Below are positions 1 through 6,226 of a DNA stretch of 12,127 nt, piece after piece; within the stretch, counting starts at the first letter, position 1; each line of letters starts with the position of its first letter. The stretch lies in assembly GCA_025363535.1 (NCBI GenBank), contig JANYDP010000269.1:1-12127 (forward strand), in the 5' to 3' direction. This DNA comes from Verrucomicrobiota bacterium. GTDB taxonomy: Bacteria; Verrucomicrobiota; Verrucomicrobiia; Limisphaerales; CAIQOK01. The position numbers were made by a program, and so were the translations under genes. The notes below the pieces were generated by a model. The model was not told where the DNA came from, ran no database searches, and saw nothing but the letters and a program-made list of their open reading frames with translations.

Positions 1-1121
1 TTGTGCATGAGCGGTTGCGTGCAGTGATGCCCGCCGCGCAACGCCACGCCGCCTTGATCGGCCAGCGTCACCACGTCGTGCGCGTGGACGTCCTTGAGCA
101 GAAAGCTCACAAGCCCGGCGCGTCCGGTCTTCGGGCCGAAAAGGCGGATGTCCTTGAGCGCCGCCAGTTGGTCATAGGCGTAGTTCGCCAGTTCCTGATC
201 GTGCTGCCAGATGTTTTCGCGGCCGATGGCGTCGAGATAATCCATCGCGGCGTGCAAACCAATCGGGCCGGAGATGTCCGGCGTGCCGGCCTCGAACCGA
301 TGCGGCGCTTTCTTGAACTCGGTCTTGTGGTAGCCAACGGACAAAATCATTTCACCGCCGCCTTGATACGGCGGCATGGCGTCGAGCACTTCCGGCCGTC
401 CCCACAGCACGCCGATGCCGGTCGGCCCGCAAATCTTGTGTCCGGAAAACGCGAAGAAATCGCAGCCGAGCGCTTGCACATCTATCGGCATGTGACCTGC
501 GCTTTGCGCGCCATCCACAAGCGTGGTGATGCCGAGCTTGCGGGCGCGGGCGCAGAGTTCGGCGACGGGATTGACGGTGCCCATGGCATTCGAGATGTGA
601 ACCATCGCGAACATCTTCACCTGCTTGGTGAGCAGCGAATCGAGCGTGGACAAATCCAGAACGCCGTCGTCGCCGGTGACGGGGACGTAGGCGAGTTTTG
701 CGCCGGCACGCTGCGCGATCAACTGCCACGAAACGATGTTGCTGTGGTGTTCGACTTCGGTGAGCAGGATGACGTCGCCGGGCTTGAGGTTCGCCGCGCC
801 CCAAGCTGCCGCAACGAGGTTGATGCCTTCGGTGGTGCCGCGCGTGAAGATGATTTCGTCGGCGCTCTTGGCGTTGATGAACTTGGCGGCGCGCGTCCGG
901 GCAGCTTCAAAGGCGTTGGTGGAGCGGTTGCTCAACTCGTGGATGCCGCGATGGACGTTGGCGTTGTCGTGCTCGTAGTAATGGACGAGGGCGTCAATCA
1001 CCGCACGCGGCTTCTGCGACGTGGCGGCGTTGTCGAAATAGATCAGCGGCTTGCCGTGAACCTGCTGGTTGAGGATCGGAAAGTCGGCGCGCAGCCTCGC
1101 CCAATCAATGCTGTTCTTCAT
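1..1121 (-). CDS. sufS: Cysteine desulfurase SufS (group II aminotransferase class V). Start is ATG at 1121; the C-terminus is cut off by the left window edge.
   Basis: Manual translation of the minus strand from 1121 gives MKNSIDWARLRADFPILNQQVHGKPLIYFDNAATSQKPRAVIDALVHYYEHDNANVHRGIHELS...SGHKICGPTGIGVLWGRPEVLDAMPPYQGGGEMI...RFEAGTPDISGPIGL...RGGHHCTQPLM. The PLP-lysine motif SGHK and the active-site region RxGHHC are present, and the whole sequence aligns with E. coli SufS. The reading frame stays open to position 1, which is why it is absent from the supplied ORF track. Confidence 0.9.
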   Translation of the reverse strand, partial: MKNSIDWARLRADFPILNQQVHGKPLIYFDNAATSQKPRAVIDALVHYYEHDNANVHRGIHELSNRSTNAFEAARTRAAKFINAKSADEIIFTRGTTEGINLVAAAWGAANLKPGDVILLTEVEHHSNIVSWQLIAQRAGAKLAYVPVTGDDGVLDLSTLDSLLTKQVKMFAMVHISNAMGTVNPVAELCARARKLGITTLVDGAQSAGHMPIDVQALGCDFFAFSGHKICGPTGIGVLWGRPEVLDAMPPYQGGGEMILSVGYHKTEFKKAPHRFEAGTPDISGPIGLHAAMDYLDAIGRENIWQHDQELANYAYDQLAALKDIRLFGPKTGRAGLVSFLLKDVHAHDVVTLADQGGVALRGGHHCTQPLMH

Positions 1122-1132
1122 CAAAATTATTT

Positions 1133-1197
1133 AACCGCAAAGATCGCAGAGATCACAAAGAAATTTCATCTCTGCGTTCTTTGTGTTCTTTGCGGTT
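1133..1197 (-). promoter_or_regulatory. Complex nested/permuted dyad-symmetry element in the sufT-sufS intergenic spacer. It could fold as alternative RNA hairpins on the operon transcript.
   Basis: Three arm pairs are seen directly. AACCGCAAAGA (1133-1143) pairs with TCTTTGCGGTT (1187-1197). CGCAGAGAT (1145-1153) pairs with ATCTCTGCG (1168-1176). CACAAAGAA (1154-1162) pairs with TTCTTTGTG (1177-1185). The second and third pairings are mutually exclusive or would form a pseudoknot. There is also a direct repeat TTCTTTG x2 (1178-1184, 1187-1193). Confidence 0.5.
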
Positions 1198-1211
1198 ACT
1201 TGTTTTGGTTT

Positions 1212-1763
1212 CTACATCAGCCCCAGTTGCAGCTTCGCCGCTTCGGTCAACATGCTCTGGTTCCATGGCGGATCCCAGACGAGTTCCACCGCCACGTCGT
1301 CCACGGCTTCGATGCACAGGAGTTTGTTCTGCACGTCTTGTTGCAGCACCGGCCCCATGCCGCAACCGGGCGCGGTCAAAGTCATTTTCACCGAGGCGCG
1401 GAAGCTGTTCGCGGCAATCGGCTCGACATGGCAGTCGTAGATCAAGCCGAGGTCCACGATGTTCACGGGGATTTCGGGATCGAAACAAGTTTTCAACTGC
1501 GTCCAGATTTCCTTCTCGACCTGTTCCTGCGTGGCCGGGCCGGAAGTGCCGCTGGAAGTTTTGGTCGCAACCTCCAGGCCCAGGGCATCGGCGTCCTTGC
1601 CTTCGATGCGGAACATGTTGCCGTTGACGATGACGGTGTAGCTGCCGCCAAGCGACTGCGTGATGTGCGCGGACTCGCCTTTTTGCAGCGTGACTTTGGT
1701 GCCAATGGGCACGACGGAGGCTTCCACATCGCGGATCAGACTGACTGGCTCGTTGCTTTGCAT
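1212..1763 (-). CDS. sufT: Long-form SUF-system Fe-S assembly protein SufT (DUF59/MIP18 C-terminal domain with an N-terminal extension), 183 aa.
   Basis: Internal ATG at 1763 gives MQSNEPVSLIRDVEASVVPIGTKVTLQKGE... The C-terminal half (EKEIWTQLKTCFDPEIPVNIVDLGLIYDCHVE...VKMTLTAPGCGMGPVL...) is a typical DUF59 Fe-S assembly domain. It sits between sufU and sufS. The upstream 36 codons of the track ORF (1764-1871) overlap sufU and are discounted. Confidence 0.75.
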   Translation of the reverse strand: MQSNEPVSLIRDVEASVVPIGTKVTLQKGESAHITQSLGGSYTVIVNGNMFRIEGKDADALGLEVATKTSSGTSGPATQEQVEKEIWTQLKTCFDPEIPVNIVDLGLIYDCHVEPIAANSFRASVKMTLTAPGCGMGPVLQQDVQNKLLCIEAVDDVAVELVWDPPWNQSMLTEAAKLQLGLM

Positions 1764-1786
1764 AAATTTACTTTTGGTTGCCGCTG

Positions 1787-2242
1787 TTAATTTTTCTCGG
1801 ACTCGGTGGTCACGGACTGGTCTTCGCCTTTGATTGCAGCGATGAGCGCGTGCCACGACAAAATTGCACATTTCACCCGCGCCGGATAGCGGTAAACGCC
1901 CGCGAACACGGCCAGCTTGCCGACATCCCCGACGATCTTGCCGGTCATGATCATCTCGTGAACCTGGTCAAAGATCGCCTGGACTTCCGCCTTGGTTTTG
2001 CCTTTGACCGCATCGGTCAGCAGGGAGGCGGACGCCTTGGAGATGCAGCAGCCGGACCCAACGAAGCTGGCGTCCTGGATCACGTCGCCGTCGAGCGCGA
2101 GAAACAATTTGAGGTTGTCGCCGCACAGCGGGTTGTGACCCTGGGCCGTGCGCGTGGCCTGCGCCATCTCGTGAAAGTTGCGCGGCTTCTTGCAGTGGTC
2201 CAGGATGACCTGCTGGTAAAGGTCGTTGATGTCGTCGAACAT
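1787..2242 (-). CDS. sufU: SUF-system NifU/IscU-family Fe-S cluster scaffold / sulfur acceptor (SufU-type), 151 aa.
   Basis: ATG at 2242. The protein MFDDINDLYQQVILDHCKKPRNFHEM...HNPLCGDNLKLF...GSGCCISKASASLLT...VKCAILSWHALIAA carries the conserved Cys ligands (CGD, GCxIS, C-terminal Cys) of the SufU/IscU fold. It sits between sufD and sufT. Confidence 0.85.
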   Translation of the reverse strand: MFDDINDLYQQVILDHCKKPRNFHEMAQATRTAQGHNPLCGDNLKLFLALDGDVIQDASFVGSGCCISKASASLLTDAVKGKTKAEVQAIFDQVHEMIMTGKIVGDVGKLAVFAGVYRYPARVKCAILSWHALIAAIKGEDQSVTTESEKN

Positions 2243-2260
2243 TTTCGTGCTGCGTGACGA

Positions 2261-2289
2261 GTGCGGCGTGAACTGATTTCACGCCGCAC
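2261..2289 (-). other. Perfect 12-bp GC-rich hairpin (5-nt loop) in the 57-nt sufD-sufU spacer. It is not followed by a U-tract.
   Basis: GTGCGGCGTGAA (2261-2272), loop CTGAT, TTCACGCCGCAC (2278-2289). The arms are exact reverse complements. It lies between the sufD stop (2300-2302) and the sufU ATG (2242). Confidence 0.6.
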
Positions 2290-2299
2290 GCCTCACTCG

Positions 2300-3625
2300 T
2301 TACTTTCCTGCCAAGTGCGGATTTGCTTCGAGACGATCCCACACCAGCTTGTCCAGTCCCTCGCGGGCTGGTGCGCACTTGATGCGCTCAATGATCTCGC
2401 CGGCAAAGGCGTGGATGAGCATCCGCCGCGCGTTGTCCCGACCGATGCCCCGGGTGCGCAGATAAAAAATGGACTCGTCGTTCAGCTGACCGATGGTCGC
2501 GCCGTGCGTGCATTTCACGTCGTCGGCGTAAATTTCCAATTGCGGTTTCGTGTCGGCGGTGGCGTCGTCGGACAGCAAAAGATTTTTGTTCGTCTGCTTC
2601 GCGTCGGTTTTCTGCGCGATGGGATGCACGTAGATGCGCCCGTGAAAAACGCCCTTTGATTTGTCGTCGAGGATGCCGTTGAAATACTCGTGGCTGGCGC
2701 AATGCGGCTGCGCGTGCTCGACGATCATGTGATGGTCGGCGAGCTGTTCGTCCTTGGTGATGTAAAGGCCGTTCAGCACGCATTCCAAACCTTCGCCCGC
2801 AAGTTTGGTGCGGATGTTGGTGCGGGACAATTTCGCCCCGAGCGCGAAGGAGTGGATGTTCACGTTGCTGGCGCGGCCGAACTCGCCGGAGATCGTCGCC
2901 ATGTGAAACGCGGCGGCGGTTTCATCCTGCAACTTGACGTGTTCGACGTAGGCACTGTCGCCGGCGACGAGTTCCGTGACGGCGTTGGTGAGGTACGCCG
3001 CGCTGCCCGTGCTGAGGTAGCTTTCGATCACCGTGACGCGGCTGTTCGCCTCGGCGATGATGAGGTTGCGTGGATGGATCGCCGCGCCGGATTGCTTCGC
3101 GGACGACAGATAAATCAATTGCACCGGTTCTTCTACTGCGACTCCAGCGGGGACGAAAATGAACGCGCCGTCGGTGAAAAATGCCTGGTTCAACGCGGCG
3201 AAAGCGTTGTCCTTGGTCACGGCGTACTGGCCAAGATGCTTTTCGATCAGCGCGGAATCCTCGGTGAGCGCGGTCGCGAGGTTTTTTATTTTAACGCCAC
3301 CGGCTGCGGGCCTGGTCACGGAAAGTTTGGCCGAGAAAAAGCCATCCACGAAAACGAGCCGACTGCCGGACATGCCGGCAAGGATCGCCGCGCTCAAGGC
3401 CTGGGTTTCCGCGCCGTTCACCACGGTGGCCTGCGCAGGCTGGAACGGCATCTTCGCGATGGGCGCAATGTTGGTAAAGCGCCAGTCCTCGTGTTGCAAC
3501 GTGGGAAAACCCTGCGCGGTGAAACTGGCCAGGCCGGCCGAGCGCAGCGGCACGAGCCAGGCCGGCGACCCGGAGGGATTGGCCAACTGCTCAAATTTGG
3601 TCTGAAATGAATCGGTATTGTTCAT
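2300..3625 (-). CDS. sufD: Fe-S cluster assembly protein SufD (SufB/SufD family), 441 aa.
   Basis: ATG at 3625 gives MNNTDSFQTKFEQ... The C-terminal signature ...KPQLEIYADDVKCTHGATIGQLNDESIFYLRTRGIGRDNARRMLIHAFAGEI is characteristic of the SufBD family. The length (~440 aa) and the lack of an N-terminal Cys-rich SufB region favour SufD. The alternative upstream track start at 3670 adds 15 codons without support. Confidence 0.75.
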   Translation of the reverse strand: MNNTDSFQTKFEQLANPSGSPAWLVPLRSAGLASFTAQGFPTLQHEDWRFTNIAPIAKMPFQPAQATVVNGAETQALSAAILAGMSGSRLVFVDGFFSAKLSVTRPAAGGVKIKNLATALTEDSALIEKHLGQYAVTKDNAFAALNQAFFTDGAFIFVPAGVAVEEPVQLIYLSSAKQSGAAIHPRNLIIAEANSRVTVIESYLSTGSAAYLTNAVTELVAGDSAYVEHVKLQDETAAAFHMATISGEFGRASNVNIHSFALGAKLSRTNIRTKLAGEGLECVLNGLYITKDEQLADHHMIVEHAQPHCASHEYFNGILDDKSKGVFHGRIYVHPIAQKTDAKQTNKNLLLSDDATADTKPQLEIYADDVKCTHGATIGQLNDESIFYLRTRGIGRDNARRMLIHAFAGEIIERIKCAPAREGLDKLVWDRLEANPHLAGK

Positions 3626-3645
3626 GAAATGACGCGAGGCTTGCC

Positions 3646-3689
3646 CGCCAACGAACGGGCATTGTCCCACGCGCAGCCCGTTGGCGCAA
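3646..3689 (-). promoter_or_regulatory. Imperfect inverted repeat overlapping a putative sigma70-type promoter (TTGCGC-N17-GACAAT on the minus strand) in the sufD leader. Candidate operator for an Fe-S or iron-responsive regulator.
   Basis: Arms CGCCAACGAACGGGC (3646-3660) and GCCCGTTGGCG (3676-3686) are reverse complements with a 2-nt bulge. On the minus strand the -35 TTGCGC maps to 3684-3689 and the -10 GACAAT to 3661-3666, with a 17-nt spacer. The sufD ATG at 3625 lies ~35 nt downstream. Confidence 0.35.
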
Positions 3690-3805
3690 GTCCGCCGTGG
3701 GTGTGATTTAGAGGGGCGAAGCCATTGGTTCGTCTTAAGACCGGGGCCAACAAGTTAACCGCTTGGATTTTTGCGCTAAGGAAATGGTTTTCATTCCCTT
3801 TTCGT

Positions 3806-4060
3806 TTATTCCGCCGCCTTTGCTCTGAATGCTTTGCAGGTTCGGCACCAGCGCGCCTGGCCGAACGTGGCCCAGACGAGCAGATAAATTCCCGTGAGCG
3901 CGAGAATGATGCCCGGCACCCAGAACCCCGGAAAGACAAACGCCATCGCCACCGAAGCCGACATGCAAAGGCCGACGATGCTCAACCTAGCTCTGCTCTT
4001 TTGAATCATCTCGCCGCCGCACGATGGGCAGGAGAACTGCTTTTCAGCGGCTTTAGCCAT
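3806..4060 (-). CDS. Small (84 aa) membrane protein. It has an N-terminal CxxC pair, two predicted TM helices and a C-terminal CxxC pair (a split zinc ribbon around a TM hairpin). It is 7 nt downstream of the Mrr gene.
   Basis: ATG at 4060 gives MAKAAEKQFSCPSCGGEMIQKSRARLSIVGLCMSASVAMAFVFPGFWVPGIILALTGIYLLVWATFGQARWCRTCKAFRAKAAE. The hydrophobic segments and cysteine pairs are non-random. The upstream 16 codons of the track ORF would overlap the Mrr stop. Confidence 0.45.
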   Translation of the reverse strand: MAKAAEKQFSCPSCGGEMIQKSRARLSIVGLCMSASVAMAFVFPGFWVPGIILALTGIYLLVWATFGQARWCRTCKAFRAKAAE

Positions 4061-4067
4061 GTCTGAG

Positions 4068-4985
4068 TTATTCGACGCCAGCTTCTGTGGCAAAATAGTC
4101 TGAATCAATCCGCTTCACTTCGTAGGCAGCTTGTGGAGTAACGCCGATGTTGAAATCAATCATGAAGTCCGCAAGTTTTTCGCCATCAATCAGAACGATT
4201 TTGCTTTCGATTCTGGACGCGTAGTTCACCGCGTCTTTGGAAAAATCAGAAGTCGTTATGAAAATGCCTTTCCTGGCCCGCTGTCCCTGCAATGCTCCCG
4301 CGAACTTCTGAATTTCGGGGCGACCGACCGTCGCCTGCCAGCGTTTTGCTTGGATGTAAATGATGTCCAAACCCAGGCGGTCTTCTTTAATGATTCCGTC
4401 AATTCCTTCGTCGCCGCTTTGCCCGATGGCCTCTCCTGCATCTTTGAGCGAACCGCCGTAACCCATTTTCACGAGCAAATCCACGACGACACGCTCGAAG
4501 AACGATGGAGAGCATTTCTTTACCTGCGCGAGAATGTCTCTCGCAAGTGTTTTGCGGAGATTTTCGTACGCTGATTCGAGAGCTTCTTCAGGAGTTTGGC
4601 TTTCATCCTCGTTTGATGTTGGAGATTCTTCCGCTTCCTTTTTCTTGCTGCGCCATTCGACATAGTCAGGAAACGAACGCAGAAATTTCAGGTTGATTTT
4701 TGGTGGTTTCTTTTCAAGAATCTCGCGACCTCGTTGAGTAATTCCGAAAACTCCTCGGGCACGGTTTTCCAAAAGCCCAGCCATGCGCATGTGAACCCTT
4801 GCCCACGCGACGCGATTAGCCAGAACCCTCTGCTGTCCGCTTGGCAGTAGCTGCTTGCGCTCCTGCTCGGTCAGTTTGAAACGCGTTGCAATATTTTCGA
4901 TTGCTTCAGAGTTGTCGTGATCAATTCCATCGCCCGTAAATTCCAAAAGCGGCAGCATAATGGATTGAAAATCTGGAATTGGCAT
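4068..4985 (-). CDS. mrr: Mrr-family type IV restriction endonuclease (Mrr_N winged-helix domain plus Mrr catalytic domain), 305 aa.
   Basis: The N-terminal region MPIPDFQSIMLPLLEFTGDG...LTEQERKQLLPSGQQRVLANRVAWARVHMRMAGLL is Mrr_N-like. The C-terminal region CSPSFFERVVVDLLVKMGYGG...GDEGIDGII...DIIYIQAKRWQATVGRPEIQKF...GIFITTSDFSKDA matches the Mrr_cat PD-(D/E)xK core (D...EGIDG...QAKR). GC is ~45-48%, below the ~62% of the flanks. Confidence 0.85.
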   Translation of the reverse strand: MPIPDFQSIMLPLLEFTGDGIDHDNSEAIENIATRFKLTEQERKQLLPSGQQRVLANRVAWARVHMRMAGLLENRARGVFGITQRGREILEKKPPKINLKFLRSFPDYVEWRSKKKEAEESPTSNEDESQTPEEALESAYENLRKTLARDILAQVKKCSPSFFERVVVDLLVKMGYGGSLKDAGEAIGQSGDEGIDGIIKEDRLGLDIIYIQAKRWQATVGRPEIQKFAGALQGQRARKGIFITTSDFSKDAVNYASRIESKIVLIDGEKLADFMIDFNIGVTPQAAYEVKRIDSDYFATEAGVE

Positions 4986-4998
4986 AACTCTTTTCCAA

Positions 4999-6075
4999 TT
5001 AGCTTTTCAAAAACTCATCTAACGCCGCCTTGGTCACGCGCCAGGTCGAGCCAATCTTTTTGCCTTTGAGATCGCCTTTTTCCAGCGTGGCCAAAACGTC
5101 GGCTTCGCTCACGCCAAGGACGCGCGCCACGTCGGCAGAGCCGAGCAGTTCAATGGCACCACCGGCAATCACCGGCGGCACGCCACCTGCCGGCGCGGCG
5201 GACGGCGTGGCTTGCGGTTGATTCATCGAGGCCATCAGTTGCTGGCCCATCGCGAGGCCCGCGCCGAGTCCCGCACCGGTACCGGCCATTCCACCGGCTG
5301 CGCCGCCTTCTTTGGTCAGCGATTCGGCCATCTGGAATTTCACGTAGTCGTTGAGATTGCCAACGGCAGCCATGCTCGAACGCTTGTCAATCGCGGCCTC
5401 GACTTCGGGCGGCAGCGAGACATTTTCGACAATGAAGCTCGGAATCTCGATGCCGTATTTGGCGGTGACCTGCGGGTTGATGGCCGGCAGCAAGGCTTCG
5501 CCAAGTTCCTGATAGCGCGCGGCGATGTCGAGCACCGGCACTTTGGAGGACGCCAGCGCCTCGGTGAACACGCTGACGATGCGCGAGCGCATGGTGTCGG
5601 CGAATTCGTCGAGCCGGAAATGATCGTCCGTGCCGGCGACTTCCTTCAAAAAGGTTTTCACGTCCACGACCTTGAAATCAAACGTGCCGAAGGCCCGGGC
5701 GCGGACGATGCCGAAATCGGCGTCGCGCATCATGATCGGGTTGGACGTGCCCCATTTGTTGCCGGTGAAGAGGCGCGTGTTGACGTAGTAGAGGTCGGCC
5801 TTGAACGGCGAGTGCAGGCCGTATTTCCAGCCTTTGAGCGTGGAGAGGATCGGGATGTTGTCGGTGGTCAGCGTGTGTTTGCCCGGGCTGAAGGTGTCGC
5901 CAAACTGGCCGAGATACACGAACTGCGCGGTCTGCGATTCGCGGACGATGAGCTGCGCGCCGTTTTTGATTTCCTTGTCCTGGTCGGGATAGCGGAAGGA
6001 GATGGTGTCGCGGGAATCGTCCTGCCACTCGATGATTTCGAGGAACTGTGTTTTGAGATAATCCATGAGGCCCAT
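4999..6075 (-). CDS. SPFH/Band-7 domain protein (Band_7_1 / YdjI-like, 'virion core protein'-type) fused through a Gly/Ala-rich linker to a C-terminal excisionase-family (MerR-like) helix-turn-helix, 358 aa.
   Basis: ATG at 6075 gives MGLMDYLKTQFLEIIEWQDDSRDTISFRYPDQDKEIKNGAQLIVRESQTAQFVYLGQFGDTF...IEIPSFIVENVSLPPEVEAAIDKRSSMAAVGNLNDYVKFQMAE, which is an SPFH fold. A low-complexity GAAGGMAGTGAGLGAGLAMG linker follows. The C-terminus LLGSADVARVLGVSEADVLATLEKGDLKGKKIGSTWRVTKAALDEFL matches the HTH_17/excisionase DNA-binding consensus. The 91 upstream codons of the track ORF overlap the divergent gene and are discounted. Confidence 0.8.
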   Translation of the reverse strand: MGLMDYLKTQFLEIIEWQDDSRDTISFRYPDQDKEIKNGAQLIVRESQTAQFVYLGQFGDTFSPGKHTLTTDNIPILSTLKGWKYGLHSPFKADLYYVNTRLFTGNKWGTSNPIMMRDADFGIVRARAFGTFDFKVVDVKTFLKEVAGTDDHFRLDEFADTMRSRIVSVFTEALASSKVPVLDIAARYQELGEALLPAINPQVTAKYGIEIPSFIVENVSLPPEVEAAIDKRSSMAAVGNLNDYVKFQMAESLTKEGGAAGGMAGTGAGLGAGLAMGQQLMASMNQPQATPSAAPAGGVPPVIAGGAIELLGSADVARVLGVSEADVLATLEKGDLKGKKIGSTWRVTKAALDEFLKS

Positions 6076-6226
6076 AATTTTTTCTTTCGGTTTGGTTTTA
6101 ACGGTTGCCTGTTTTGTTGGCGGTATCATCGGGCGGGCGGCGCGGTCTGTGAAGTACAAATTAACGCGGGGAGTGTAACGGGAATGCGCTTGCGAATTGT
6201 CCGGGAAAAGGAAGAATGACGCCACC

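Noticed and set aside
3-1790. 595-aa plus-strand ORF spanning the sufS/sufT region
   Set aside because: It is antisense to two well-supported minus-strand genes. The translation is Arg/Ala/Gly/Val-rich low-complexity sequence typical of spurious open frames in high-GC DNA, and no recognisable motifs are present.
2690-3610. 306-aa plus ORF and 148-aa plus ORF inside sufD
   Set aside because: They are antisense shadows of sufD with low-complexity R/G/A-rich translations.
3780-3815. Hairpin AAGGAAATG/CATTCCCTT followed by T-rich sequence, considered as a terminator
   Set aside because: The T-tract is on the plus strand, where no gene ends. On the minus strand, where the mini-protein ends, the hairpin is followed by A/G-rich sequence. 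The stem is only 8/9 bp and is ambiguous.
3811-5036. Shared 9-mer CGCCGCCTT near both ends of the low-GC island, considered as target-site duplication
   Set aside because: Both copies lie inside coding sequence (the C-termini of two genes). A GC-rich 9-mer is expected by chance in this genome, and there is no flanking extended identity.
5212-6219. 335-aa plus ORF, and the 116-aa minus ORF at 5678..6028
   Set aside because: They overlap the SPFH gene in other frames or strands. They have no motifs, and the SPFH frame has strong domain-like sequence.
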